A DNA stretch of 58,895 nucleotides, taken from Patescibacteria group bacterium. GTDB taxonomy: Bacteria > Patescibacteriota > Microgenomatia > Levybacterales > UBA12049. This document shows positions 1-9,011 of this stretch, in pieces. The first letter of the stretch is position 1; the number at the start of each line of letters is the position of its first letter. The notes under the pieces are model-generated. The model was not told where the DNA came from. It made no database searches and worked only from the letters and a program-made list of their open reading frames with translations. Both the position numbers and the translations under genes were made by a program. Location of the stretch: positions 1-58,895 of the forward strand of contig DASVYQ010000110.1 of NCBI GenBank assembly GCA_036392095.1, given 5' to 3'.

Positions 1-41
1 TTTGGATTGATTTAGCAATCTAATTTTTTTATTCAAAAAAA

Positions 42-61
42 TGTGGATAACTTTTGGATAA
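42..61 (-). promoter_or_regulatory. Two adjacent DnaA-box-like 9-mers
   Basis: The plus strand reads TGTGGATAA at 42-50, the reverse complement of the consensus DnaA box TTATCCACA (9/9). It reads TTTGGATAA at 53-61, equal to TTATCCAAA (8/9). The two are 11 bp apart centre to centre and lie in the ORF-free first 304 bp. Confidence 0.45.
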
Positions 62-206
62 CTTAGAGTTGGTAAAATTATTAAGTTTTGTGAAAACTCT
101 TACTTTTTTCTTTTTAAGCTTAAAATGAGGCTAAAAATATAAGCAGAGCAAAGGCGGGCATATTCTAGTGCGAATGTACAATGAATAGAAAAAAAGTTGT
201 TTGGCT

Positions 207-215
207 TGTGGATAC
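207..215 (-). promoter_or_regulatory. Third DnaA-box-like 9-mer (GTATCCACA, 8/9)
   Basis: The plus strand reads TGTGGATAC, in the same orientation as the boxes at 42-61. Confidence 0.3.
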
Positions 216-304
216 AGGCAAAATCAACACATTTTTTAATTATTTACAACTGGATGGCTTTAGGGAGGGAAAGATAAATACTATTTGGAAAAAATTAAGG
301 GTAA

Positions 305-1093
305 TTATTGTGTTGTTGAGGTATTAGCCTTAAAAAAGCCTGTAAACAAATTTTTTAAAGACAGTGCTTCTATTTCATAATCAAATTTTGAAGAGAGCCA
401 AAGTTTCATAAGTGAGAAAGCTTGTTTTGTTGTTGTAGAAAGTGGTGTAGAGGAGTGTTTTCTGTGGAAGTGGAGATATTCAGAAAGATTAGTAATTTCT
501 CCAAACTGAATAAGCTTAACAGCCATATCAGAATAAAGGAAAAAATGCTTAGTAGCTGGGAAGTATAATAAATCCTTTGGAATTTTGTATCTGTTAATCA
601 TAACGCCTTCAAATAGCATAGAAACTCCATGTAAAGGGGATTGAGAAATATGCTCATGTAAAGAAGGGTAATTACTTTTTCCAATTCTTTTGTTTTCATC
701 GTTTAAATAAATACATTGTGTTCCAACTGCAACGGTTTTCTGATTTTTAAGCAAATACTGTATTTGCTTTTGGAATTTATTTTTAGTAACCATGTCACGT
801 GCATCCATAAAAACCAAGAATTTCCCTTTTGCCCGTCGAATTGCTCTATTTAACGTAATAGCTAAGCCATACTTCTTTACATTTCGAGATATTTTGACAC
901 GTTTATCATTTTTCTTGTAAGACTTTAAAATTGCAAAAGAAATGTCGGTAGAATTATCGTCTATGGCAATAATCTCTATGTTTTTATAATTCTGAGTTAA
1001 AAGACTTTCTAAAGAAGTGGGAAGAAAAGAAGCGGCATTACTAACCGGAAAAATAACAGAAATAAGTGGTAATGGTAATTCGTTTGATTTCAT
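305..1093 (-). CDS. Family 2 (GT-A fold) glycosyltransferase
   Basis: 262-aa ORF with an ATG start. The N-terminus ISVIFPVSNAASFL...NIEIIAIDDNSTD and the acidic motif FMDARD are typical of GT2 enzymes. Confidence 0.8.
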   Translation of the reverse strand: MKSNELPLPLISVIFPVSNAASFLPTSLESLLTQNYKNIEIIAIDDNSTDISFAILKSYKKNDKRVKISRNVKKYGLAITLNRAIRRAKGKFLVFMDARDMVTKNKFQKQIQYLLKNQKTVAVGTQCIYLNDENKRIGKSNYPSLHEHISQSPLHGVSMLFEGVMINRYKIPKDLLYFPATKHFFLYSDMAVKLIQFGEITNLSEYLHFHRKHSSTPLSTTTKQAFSLMKLWLSSKFDYEIEALSLKNLFTGFFKANTSTTQ

Positions 1094-1200
1094 AGTTTTT
1101 ATGCACGTATTTCCTAAATTGAAGGTTTGGAGGGCAGAAGATTATCGCATGAATGAAAGCATACCAAAGAGCCTACTCTCTGTCAAATTTTAGCTTCAGT

Positions 1201-1824
1201 CTATGCCTTTTTTGCAAACTTTTTAATTCCAAATCCTGTTAAGGCACTGGCAACAATTGTTATATAAGAAAATGCTTCTGGTCCTGTATCAGGGGTTGTG
1301 GTTGTCTGAACTGGTGCAAAGGTTTTTTGAATACAAAAAGATGCGCTATCTTGAGCATTTTCATTATTGCTTGCAGCCATATCTACTTTATTAGCAACAC
1401 AGGTTACTGTTTGGTTGGTTGGAAGGGAAGTAACATTGTTGACTATTGCTGAAACAGAGAATTGTTGTGTTGTGCCCGGTTTTATATTGTATACAAAGAA
1501 AGAAAGTGTTTTGTTTTGTGGGTTATAGCTTCCAGGCCCTGCGGTAAAGGTAAGATAATCTGGCATAGTATCTTTCATAACAGCTTGATTGACAGTATCT
1601 TTTCCAAGGTTAGCAACTGTTATATGAAAGGTAACAACCTCTCCTGGGTGATACATTGGATCATTTAGTCCTAAGTTATTTACATAGGTATTTGTTTGTG
1701 GATTTAAAACGGTTTTGCTTAGGGCAAGGGTACCCATATTTGCAGTAAGAGCAAAAGCCTTAGATAAAGGCAGGGAAAAAAAAGCTACCAAGAGTAAAAA
1801 GCCTATGGCTGCTTTTCGCATCAT
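1201..1824 (-). CDS. Secreted DUF11-repeat surface protein with a sortase-type C-terminal sorting signal
   Basis: It has a signal peptide (LLLVAFFSLPLSKAFA) and a DUF11-like beta-sandwich (GEVVTFHITVANLGKDTV...YNIKPGTTQQFSVSA). The C-terminus is TPDTG (nt 1296-1282), then a hydrophobic stretch, then KKFAKKA. Confidence 0.65.
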   Translation of the reverse strand: MMRKAAIGFLLLVAFFSLPLSKAFALTANMGTLALSKTVLNPQTNTYVNNLGLNDPMYHPGEVVTFHITVANLGKDTVNQAVMKDTMPDYLTFTAGPGSYNPQNKTLSFFVYNIKPGTTQQFSVSAIVNNVTSLPTNQTVTCVANKVDMAASNNENAQDSASFCIQKTFAPVQTTTTPDTGPEAFSYITIVASALTGFGIKKFAKKA

Positions 1825-1927
1825 TAAACCATTATAACACCCTGTAGTTATGTTTTCAAGCCTTAATAAGTAAGCATTTTTAGCTATGTAGTAATCGGAT
1901 TAGTGCGTGAAAACAGCAATATTGCTA

Positions 1928-1956
1928 TTGACAAGTGTATGAATATATGGTGTAAT
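1928..1956 (+). promoter_or_regulatory. Sigma70-like promoter upstream of rho
   Basis: TTGACA (1928-1933), a 17-nt spacer, then TGTAAT (1951-1956), about 85 nt upstream of the rho ATG. Confidence 0.4.
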
Positions 1957-2040
1957 ACATTCTGGAAACACGATCTTCAGCACTTTTGTACACGTAACAC
2001 ATGAAATTTATCCCATTAATCATTATTAAGTAATTTTCCT

Positions 2041-3366
2041 ATGCCAGTAAAAAAATCAAATACAGCAAATGATTTAGTCGGTACAGCACCGGCTTCTAAA
2101 ACAGTTGAAGAGGCTCCAAAAGCCCCAGTAGAGCCTGTTGTAGCAACAGAACCTGTTGCTCCAGCTCCAGTGCAATTTCAAGCTCAACCACAAGTTGTAT
2201 CACCAAGACCAACATATAATAGATTTCAAGGTAACAATGATTTACCTCCAACACATCAAGGTCCAACAGAAGAAGTATCAGGAATTTTAGACGTTCAGCC
2301 TGAAGGGCATGGATTTTTACGACCAAAGTTTATCCCAAGTAGTAAAGATGTATATATTTCTCAATCTCAAATCAGAAGATTTTTACTTAGACCAGGAGAC
2401 AAGGTAGCTGGTGTCGCACGACCTCCAAAAGACAATGAACGATATTATGGTTTGCTTAAAGTAGAAAAAGTTAACGATGTTCCAGCAGAGGAGTCCATGA
2501 GACGACCTCATTTTGATGACTTAACACCAATCTATCCAAAAAAGCAGGTTACCCTTACAACAGGCAAGTATCCATTATCTTCAAGAATGATAGATTTGGT
2601 AGCTCCAATTGGCTTTGGACAAAGAGGTATGATTGTATCTCCACCAAAGGCCGGAAAAACAACTATTCTTAAAGAAATTGCAGCAGGAATTACCGCTAAT
2701 TTTCCAAAAGCTCATTTAATGGCAGCATTAATTGGAGAAAGACCAGAAGAAGTAACAGATATAAGTATGTCTGTAAAGGGCGATGTTATTGCTTCAAATT
2801 TTGATGAAGCTCCAGAATTCCAAACCAGAGTTGCAGAAATCACACTAGAACGTGCTAAAAGATTAGTTGAAATGGGAATTGACGTTATTATTCTTTTAGA
2901 CTCTATTACAAGATTGGCAAGAGCATACAATTTGTCGGTTGCACCATCCGGAAGAACACTTTCTGGAGGATTTGATCCAGCAGCTTTATGGCCAGCAAAG
3001 AAATTCTTTGGAGCAGCAAGAAATTGCCAAGAAGGCGGAAGTTTAACAATTTTAGCAACCGCATTGGTTGACACAAACTCAAGAATGGATGACTTAATTT
3101 ACGAAGAATTCAAAGGAACAGGTAATATGGAGCTTCATTTAGACAGAAAATTAGCAGAGCGAAGAATTTTCCCTGCAATTAATATTTCCAGATCTGGAAC
3201 AAGACAAGAACAAATGCTATTTACGCCAGAGGATATGAGAAAAATTAACACCATGAGACGAATGATTGATATGTTAAATGAAGATGAAAGAACAGATATT
3301 ATGATTCAACAATTGGAAAGAACCGAAACCAATGAAGATTTCCTCAAAAATCTCGGCAAATCTTAA
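2041..3366 (+). CDS. rho: Transcription termination factor Rho
   Basis: 441 aa. It has a Walker A motif (SPPKAGKTTILKEIA), a RecA-type ATPase core, a conserved C-terminus (RIFPAINISRSGTR) and a low-complexity N-terminal extension. Confidence 0.95.
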   Translation: MPVKKSNTANDLVGTAPASKTVEEAPKAPVEPVVATEPVAPAPVQFQAQPQVVSPRPTYNRFQGNNDLPPTHQGPTEEVSGILDVQPEGHGFLRPKFIPSSKDVYISQSQIRRFLLRPGDKVAGVARPPKDNERYYGLLKVEKVNDVPAEESMRRPHFDDLTPIYPKKQVTLTTGKYPLSSRMIDLVAPIGFGQRGMIVSPPKAGKTTILKEIAAGITANFPKAHLMAALIGERPEEVTDISMSVKGDVIASNFDEAPEFQTRVAEITLERAKRLVEMGIDVIILLDSITRLARAYNLSVAPSGRTLSGGFDPAALWPAKKFFGAARNCQEGGSLTILATALVDTNSRMDDLIYEEFKGTGNMELHLDRKLAERRIFPAINISRSGTRQEQMLFTPEDMRKINTMRRMIDMLNEDERTDIMIQQLERTETNEDFLKNLGKS

Positions 3367-3429
3367 TTATCTAGTTTGACTTGTTAAGGTATCTTTGGTA
3401 CCATCTTTTATACCTCCAGGATTGTATAT

Positions 3430-4548
3430 ATGCAGATTTTTAAAGGTGTTCATGTATTTATTCAAAAAAGACTTCATGACCTGCATTTTTTCGCAGATTA
3501 TTTGTGGTTTTATTTTAAGAAAAAATTAACAAAAGGATTTTCATGGTTTGAAAATAAAAAGGATATTTTAGTTAAATTTTTACTTATGAAACGAGGCCGT
3601 TACAATCGGCCTTTTTTGCATGTTGCTACCATGGGTGTATTGGGAGTTGGCGTATTAGTAGGACCATTTATTGCAGATACGTATCCAATTTTTGCATCAA
3701 GCAATGCATCTATTAATCAATTGCCGACCAATCATTCAGGAGAGCAGCCAATTGCTGTTGATAATAATGTTTTTCAAACCGATGTTTCTCAAAAACCAAG
3801 AGACAGAATTATTGATTATACAGTGCAAAGAGGAGATACGATTTCATCTATTGCAGATAAATTTGGCATTTCAACAGACACTATAAAATGGCAAAATAAT
3901 TTAACATCAAATACCTTAAATGAAGGAGATACATTACAAATTCTTCCCGTTACTGGTATTGCTTACAAGGTACAATCAGGGGATACAGTATACTCAGTTG
4001 CAAAAAAGTTTGGTATTGATGCACAAAACATTGTTAACTATCCGTTTAATGACTATGCAAATCCGGAAACCTTTTCTTTGGTGATTGGTCAATTATTAAT
4101 TGTTCCAAATGGGGTTCCACCAACAGAAGCACCTGCACAACAAAGTTATATTGCCAAAGTGCCAACCAATGTTGTCTCATCTGGCGGTTGGAATTGGCCA
4201 ATCTTTGGAGTTATTACGCAGTATCCGATTTGGTATCACATGGCATATGATTTGGCAGCACCAGTTGGGACACCGATTAAAGCAACCAAAGACGGAGTTG
4301 TTTCCAGAGTTACAGTTGGCGGTTGGAACACAGGTTACGGAACATATGTTATGGTTGATCATGGCGATGGATACAGCAGTTTGTATGCTCATATGTCTGC
4401 AGTTGCAGTTCATGCTGGTCAACAAGTTATTGGCGGACAAACAGTAGTAGGGTATATTGGATTAACTGGAAGAACAACAGGTCCTCACGTTCATTTTGAA
4501 ATTAGAAAAAATGACATAACTATTAATCCTGCAATCTTTGTTCACTAA
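3430..4548 (+). CDS. LysM-domain M23 family metallopeptidase
   Basis: It has an N-terminal TM segment, two LysM repeats (YTVQRGDTISSIADKFGIS and YKVQSGDTVYSVAKKFGID) and an M23 signature (GYIGLTGRTTGPHVHFEIR). Confidence 0.85.
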   Translation: MQIFKGVHVFIQKRLHDLHFFADYLWFYFKKKLTKGFSWFENKKDILVKFLLMKRGRYNRPFLHVATMGVLGVGVLVGPFIADTYPIFASSNASINQLPTNHSGEQPIAVDNNVFQTDVSQKPRDRIIDYTVQRGDTISSIADKFGISTDTIKWQNNLTSNTLNEGDTLQILPVTGIAYKVQSGDTVYSVAKKFGIDAQNIVNYPFNDYANPETFSLVIGQLLIVPNGVPPTEAPAQQSYIAKVPTNVVSSGGWNWPIFGVITQYPIWYHMAYDLAAPVGTPIKATKDGVVSRVTVGGWNTGYGTYVMVDHGDGYSSLYAHMSAVAVHAGQQVIGGQTVVGYIGLTGRTTGPHVHFEIRKNDITINPAIFVH

Positions 4549-4595
4549 ATAGTTGCTTTTTAATTGGCTTCATTTTACTATTAAAAAGCTTTCTC

Positions 4596-5768
4596 ATGGA
4601 AAACACACCGCTTAAAAAAAGTAAAAAAAAATTACTTGGACTTATTGTGTTAGGAATTGTTGGTGCATGTATTCTCTCAATACTTCTCGATAGGGTAATG
4701 GGATGGTATTTGCAAAGCAGCAATTACTACGAAGCATTTAATCCAAATTTAAAGTTACTTTTTAATACACTTGAATATACTGCACAAGCACAAATTAACA
4801 GTATTGGTATAAGAAATGCAGAAATTGCATTACCAAAGCCAAACGGCGTGTATAGAATTTTGGCAGTTGGTGATTCCTTTACCTTTGGGTGGGGAGTAAA
4901 TGTACAAGATACCTGGGAAAAGCAGCTTGAAAAATTGTTTGCGGCAAAGGGCAAAAAAGTAGAAATTGTTAATGCAGGTATTCCCGGTTTAGAACTGGAT
5001 TCCTACGAGCAGGCTTGTCTTGCATATTCTCAGAGAGTGCAGGCCGATGCTATTATCGTAGGATTTGATTCAACAGATGATATTAATCAGCGATTAGAAA
5101 TTTACCACAATTTAGAGCAGGAAACTCCATTTTGGAATACGCTCTATCCAACATTTACTCGTTTGCCGCACAAATATATAAGTCCTGTGATTGATGAGTC
5201 ATATTTGCAAAATCACCCCAATGTTATTGATGAAACTCAGGCATGGCAGCAAGAGGCAAGATCATACGAACAAAAAATACCCAGCATATTATTAAATATG
5301 GATCCAAGTTTACGTCAACCATATTGGGATGGAAAAATAAATCCGGCGCAATTCTATTATGCTGCTGTTGATCCAAAGTTTTATGTGCATATTTTAGATC
5401 AAAAATATTTTTCTGAAGGGATGCAATTAATAGGCGCAAAACTTTTAGAATTTAGGCAGACTTGTTCGGGGAATAAGCCTGTCTATGTGGTAAATTTGCC
5501 GTCATCGGAGCTTGTTTCAAAAGATTATTTTGTTTATAAAAAACAAGAAGGGTTTGCTATGGATGATAAAACCGTAACCTTTGATATGGATGCTTCACTT
5601 TCTCAAGAGGTAACAAAGGCAGGGTTTTCGTATATTTCTGCACTTGCAAATTTCCGCTCAGACGGGTGTCCAGACTGTTTTTATAAGTATGACGGACATC
5701 CAACCCCAGTTGGCACAAAACGCATCGCTCAGGTGCTTTTTAATGCTTTACAGAATAGAATAAAATAA
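4596..5768 (+). CDS. Membrane-anchored SGNH/GDSL-type esterase or acyltransferase, paralog 1
   Basis: It has an N-terminal TM helix and block I RILAVGDSFTFGWGV. The C-terminal CPDCFYKYDGHPTPVG has a D-x-H-P block V-like motif. It is paralogous to 5770-6927 and 9012-10178. Confidence 0.7.
   Translation: MENTPLKKSKKKLLGLIVLGIVGACILSILLDRVMGWYLQSSNYYEAFNPNLKLLFNTLEYTAQAQINSIGIRNAEIALPKPNGVYRILAVGDSFTFGWGVNVQDTWEKQLEKLFAAKGKKVEIVNAGIPGLELDSYEQACLAYSQRVQADAIIVGFDSTDDINQRLEIYHNLEQETPFWNTLYPTFTRLPHKYISPVIDESYLQNHPNVIDETQAWQQEARSYEQKIPSILLNMDPSLRQPYWDGKINPAQFYYAAVDPKFYVHILDQKYFSEGMQLIGAKLLEFRQTCSGNKPVYVVNLPSSELVSKDYFVYKKQEGFAMDDKTVTFDMDASLSQEVTKAGFSYISALANFRSDGCPDCFYKYDGHPTPVGTKRIAQVLFNALQNRIK
4848..4900. 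repeat. 53-nt tract identical to 6013-6065
   Basis: GTGTATAGAATTTTGGCAGTTGGTGATTCCTTTACCTTTGGGTGGGGAGTAAA is identical in both paralogs, while the flanking nucleotides differ. Confidence 0.9.
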
Positions 5769-5769
5769 T

Positions 5770-6927
5770 ATGCAAAAGTCTATACCGTTGTGGCGTAAAC
5801 TTTTATTAATTTGTGTAGGACTTTTTTTTGCTTTTTGTCTTGTAACGCTAGTTGATAGATTTTTAAATTGGTATTTAAATACCTCTGGGTATTTTTTACT
5901 GCTTAAGCCAGGGTTGCATGTACTTTCAGATACAAAAGAGTTTACCGTAACAACTGATATTTCTTCTCAAGGATTACGAAATCAAATGGTTCAGATTCCA
6001 AAACCAAATAATGTGTATAGAATTTTGGCAGTTGGTGATTCCTTTACCTTTGGGTGGGGAGTAAAGCTACAGCAAACATGGATAAAACAACTTGAGCAAA
6101 AACTTCATATTCCGGGGAAAAAAATAGAAATTGTTAATGCTGCAGCACCTGGTATGGAACTTGCTGATGAATTACTTGCATGTAAAGCATATGCAGGCAG
6201 AATGCAGGCTGATGCAGTACTTATTGGAGTAAACAGCACAGAAGATTTTGCACAGCGATATTTACAATCAATAAATGAAGGCAATGAAACAATCTGGCAA
6301 AAATTGTGGCCAACACTTTTTCAAATAAATAAACCGATTATTGCAATGGATTGGCTAAAATCGCAGCAGAATTCCGTTGTCACGTCTTCGTATTGGAGTA
6401 ATTTTAGTCCAGCTTTTGCAGAACAAAATCCTACTATAAAACAAAAACTTTCTGCAAATATGCTGCAGCTTTTTTTATATGGGGAAATAAGTCCTTTCCC
6501 TGCAATAACAGCATATTTTTACCCTGATTATTACACCTATGTTTTGCAGCCGCAAATAAGTCAAAAAGCACAAAGTGAATTTGCTCAAAAAATTGCAGAA
6601 ATAAAGCAAGATTGTATAAAAAACAGACCTGCAGCAGCTATGTTTATTCCTTCAGAAGGATTTATTTCACAAGAGGGAGCAGAAGCTATGCAGCTGTCTG
6701 GTTTTACGTGGGATAAAAAATTACTTAACTTTAATTTTGACAATATATTTAAGCCAATGTTTACGAGAGCAGGCATAGAATATATGTCACCTTTACAGGA
6801 TTTTAGAAAAAACGGTTGCCCTGATTGTTTTTATCCAATTGATGAACATCCTACAGCAACAGGAGATGCTCAGCTCGCTAATTATGCATATCCATTTGTT
6901 GAAGATCTAATTTCAAAAAAGAATTAA
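5770..6927 (+). CDS. Membrane-anchored SGNH/GDSL-type esterase or acyltransferase, paralog 2
   Basis: Same architecture as paralog 1: RILAVGDSFTFGWGV and CPDCFYPIDEHPTATG. It starts 2 nt after the stop of paralog 1. Confidence 0.7.
   Translation: MQKSIPLWRKLLLICVGLFFAFCLVTLVDRFLNWYLNTSGYFLLLKPGLHVLSDTKEFTVTTDISSQGLRNQMVQIPKPNNVYRILAVGDSFTFGWGVKLQQTWIKQLEQKLHIPGKKIEIVNAAAPGMELADELLACKAYAGRMQADAVLIGVNSTEDFAQRYLQSINEGNETIWQKLWPTLFQINKPIIAMDWLKSQQNSVVTSSYWSNFSPAFAEQNPTIKQKLSANMLQLFLYGEISPFPAITAYFYPDYYTYVLQPQISQKAQSEFAQKIAEIKQDCIKNRPAAAMFIPSEGFISQEGAEAMQLSGFTWDKKLLNFNFDNIFKPMFTRAGIEYMSPLQDFRKNGCPDCFYPIDEHPTATGDAQLANYAYPFVEDLISKKN
6013..6065. repeat. 53-nt tract identical to 4848-4900
   Basis: See 4848-4900. 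Confidence 0.9.
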
Positions 6928-6969
6928 TTCTTGCAAATCATAGCTTGCTTTTCTACAATTGGCCTACTT

Positions 6970-7158
6970 ATGAAGGTCATAAAGGAATTTTCCGCAAAAA
7001 TTGTAGCTTTCCAAACAAATATTCTTTTAACGCTAGTTTACATAATAATTCTTCCTATAGTTTGGGTTTTATATAAAATTTTTCAAAATAAAAAACAAGA
7101 TGGATGGAGGCGATGGAGTATAAAATCTGATACATTAATAGATATTTTGAAACAATAA
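6970..7158 (+). CDS. Small membrane protein, possibly SxtJ-like
   Basis: An ATG at 6970 gives 62 aa (MKVIKEFSAKIVAFQTNILLTLVYIIILPIVWVLYKIF...); the track ORF starts at a TTG at 6931. Its stop overlaps the carbamoyltransferase ATG (TAATG). The hydrophobic core plus basic tail resembles the C-terminal half of SxtJ-family proteins that travel with carbamoyltransferases. Confidence 0.35.
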   Translation: MKVIKEFSAKIVAFQTNILLTLVYIIILPIVWVLYKIFQNKKQDGWRRWSIKSDTLIDILKQ

Positions 7159-8819
7159 TGTATATTTTAGGAATTTCTTGTTTTTATCATGACAGTGCAG
7201 CGGCATTGCTGAAGAATGGTCAACTTATAGTTGCTTCTGCAGAGGAGAGATTTTCCCGTAAAAAACATGATACGTCGTTTCCAAAACAGGCAATTGCGTT
7301 TTGTTTACAACAAGCTGGTATTCAGGCAAAGGATATAGCATATGTGGTTTTTTATGAAAAACCCTTTGTTAAGTTTGAGAGAAATCTGATTACTTCTTTA
7401 GAGAATTTTCCACATTCGTTGTCTTTTTTTGTTGACTCCATGCGTAATTTTTTGGCAGAGAAGCTTTGGATTAAAAGTGATATTCAATTACTTGGCATTG
7501 ATTCTACAAAAATTCTGTTTGTGCCGCACCATTTGTCTCATGCTGCTGCTTCTTTTTATCCATCACCTTTTTCTAAAGCTGCATATGTAACTTTTGATGG
7601 AGCTGGAGAATGGACGACAACGTCGTGGGGAATTGGAGAAGAGAATAAATTACTTCCCAAAGAAGAAATACGCTTTCCTGATTCTATTGGATTGTTGTAT
7701 GCAACATTTACCTCGTTTTTGGGCTTTCCAATTAATGATGGAGAATATACGGTAATGGGTATGGCTTCTTTTGGTAAGCCAAAGTATCAAAAGAAGATAC
7801 AAAAGCTATACACGCTAAAAAATGACGGAAGCTTTGTGTTGCATAAAAAATATTTTAGCTTCAATAAAAATGCAACTAAGATGCATTCAGATATTTTTGA
7901 AGCAGAATTTTCTGCTTGTAACAAATTTGATTTAGCAGCAAGCCTCCAAGCATGTACAGAGGAAATTATTTTTACTCTTTTACATTATGTACAAGCACAA
8001 ACAAACACAGAAAATCTTTGTTTGGGAGGAGGAGTTGCATTAAATAGTGTAGTTAATGGCAAAATAAGAGCACGAACAAGATTTAAGAATATTTTTATTT
8101 TTCCAGCCAGTGGAGACGACGGTGCTGCTGCTGGAGCGGCTTTGTATGTATATCATCATATTTTGGGAAATACAAAGCGAAAAAATATTGACAATATGTT
8201 TTTAGGGAAAGCATTCTCTCAAAAAGACATAGAATCATTTTTACAATCAAAACAAATTTCATTTACAAAAATTCCAGATAAAAAATTACTGCCATTTTTG
8301 GCAAAACAGCTTTCTTTAGGAAAAGTTGTAGGTTATATTGAAGGAAGAGCAGAATATGGGCCACGGGCACTAGGACATAGATCTATTTTGGCTGACCCTC
8401 GAAAAAAACAAATGAAAGATATAGTAAATAAAAAAATCAAATTTAGAGAAGAATTTAGACCGTTTGCGCCTGCTGTTTTACAAGAAGATGTAAAAAAATA
8501 CTTTGTTGGTGATGATAGATTACTTTATCCATATATGCTTTCTGTTTGTAAAACAACAACAAATGCTTCAAAAGAAATTCCAGCAGTTTTGCATGTAGAT
8601 AAAACAGCAAGAATTCAAACTGTAAACAAAACGTATAAAGGAAAATTCTATAAACTTCTTAAAGAGTTTAAAAAGCAAACAGGAATAGGAGTTTTATTAA
8701 ATACATCTTTTAATTTAAAAGGAGAGCCGATTGTGAATAGTCCACAAGATGCATACAACACATTTCTAAAAAGCGGAATAGACATTCTTGTGCTTGAAAA
8801 TTGTGTTTTACAAAAGTAG
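7158..8819 (+). CDS. NodU/CmcH-family carbamoyltransferase
   Basis: 553 aa. The N-terminus MYILGISCFYHDSAAALLKNGQLIVASAEERFSRKKHD and the C-terminal VLLNTSFNLKGEPIV are characteristic of this family. Confidence 0.9.
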   Translation: MYILGISCFYHDSAAALLKNGQLIVASAEERFSRKKHDTSFPKQAIAFCLQQAGIQAKDIAYVVFYEKPFVKFERNLITSLENFPHSLSFFVDSMRNFLAEKLWIKSDIQLLGIDSTKILFVPHHLSHAAASFYPSPFSKAAYVTFDGAGEWTTTSWGIGEENKLLPKEEIRFPDSIGLLYATFTSFLGFPINDGEYTVMGMASFGKPKYQKKIQKLYTLKNDGSFVLHKKYFSFNKNATKMHSDIFEAEFSACNKFDLAASLQACTEEIIFTLLHYVQAQTNTENLCLGGGVALNSVVNGKIRARTRFKNIFIFPASGDDGAAAGAALYVYHHILGNTKRKNIDNMFLGKAFSQKDIESFLQSKQISFTKIPDKKLLPFLAKQLSLGKVVGYIEGRAEYGPRALGHRSILADPRKKQMKDIVNKKIKFREEFRPFAPAVLQEDVKKYFVGDDRLLYPYMLSVCKTTTNASKEIPAVLHVDKTARIQTVNKTYKGKFYKLLKEFKKQTGIGVLLNTSFNLKGEPIVNSPQDAYNTFLKSGIDILVLENCVLQK

Positions 8820-8828
8820 ACTAGGAGT

Positions 8829-9008
8829 ATGCAATTTATCAAAAAAATCTTTCACAGAATAGGAATTATTACAGAGCTTCTAGGATTTTTTTGGGAAAAT
8901 AAGTTGTGGTGGGGAATTCCGTTTGTTATTGTGTTGCTTGTTATTTCTTTTTTTATTTTCTTTGGACAATCGGCTCCAATAGTACCATTTGTTTATTCAT
9001 TATTTTAA
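8829..9008 (+). CDS. DUF5989 / SxtK-like small membrane protein (not in the ORF track; 59 aa)
   Basis: My translation is MQFIKKIFHRIGIITELLGFFWENKLWWGIPFVIVLLVISFFIFFGQSAPIVPFVYSLF. The K-x-W-W-x-x-P TM helix and the PF-[IV]-Y-[ST]-LF C-terminus match DUF5989. It sits directly downstream of the carbamoyltransferase. Confidence 0.75.
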   Translation: MQFIKKIFHRIGIITELLGFFWENKLWWGIPFVIVLLVISFFIFFGQSAPIVPFVYSLF

Positions 9009-9011
9009 TCT

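Noticed and set aside
155-175. GGGCATATTCTAGTGCG, partially similar to the 21-bp repeat core GGGCATTCTAGACGC
   Set aside because: It matches only about 11 positions and needs an indel. That is not distinguishable from chance without a genome-wide search.
181-330. 49-aa plus-strand ORF in the left-edge spacer
   Set aside because: It overlaps the 3' end of the GT2 gene and contains the DnaA-box-like site. It has no recognisable features.
2712-3074. 120-aa antisense ORF inside rho; similar cases are 44974-45429 inside leuS and 25903-26307 inside the TMTC-like gene
   Set aside because: They lie inside confidently identified conserved genes on the opposite strand and have no recognisable motifs.
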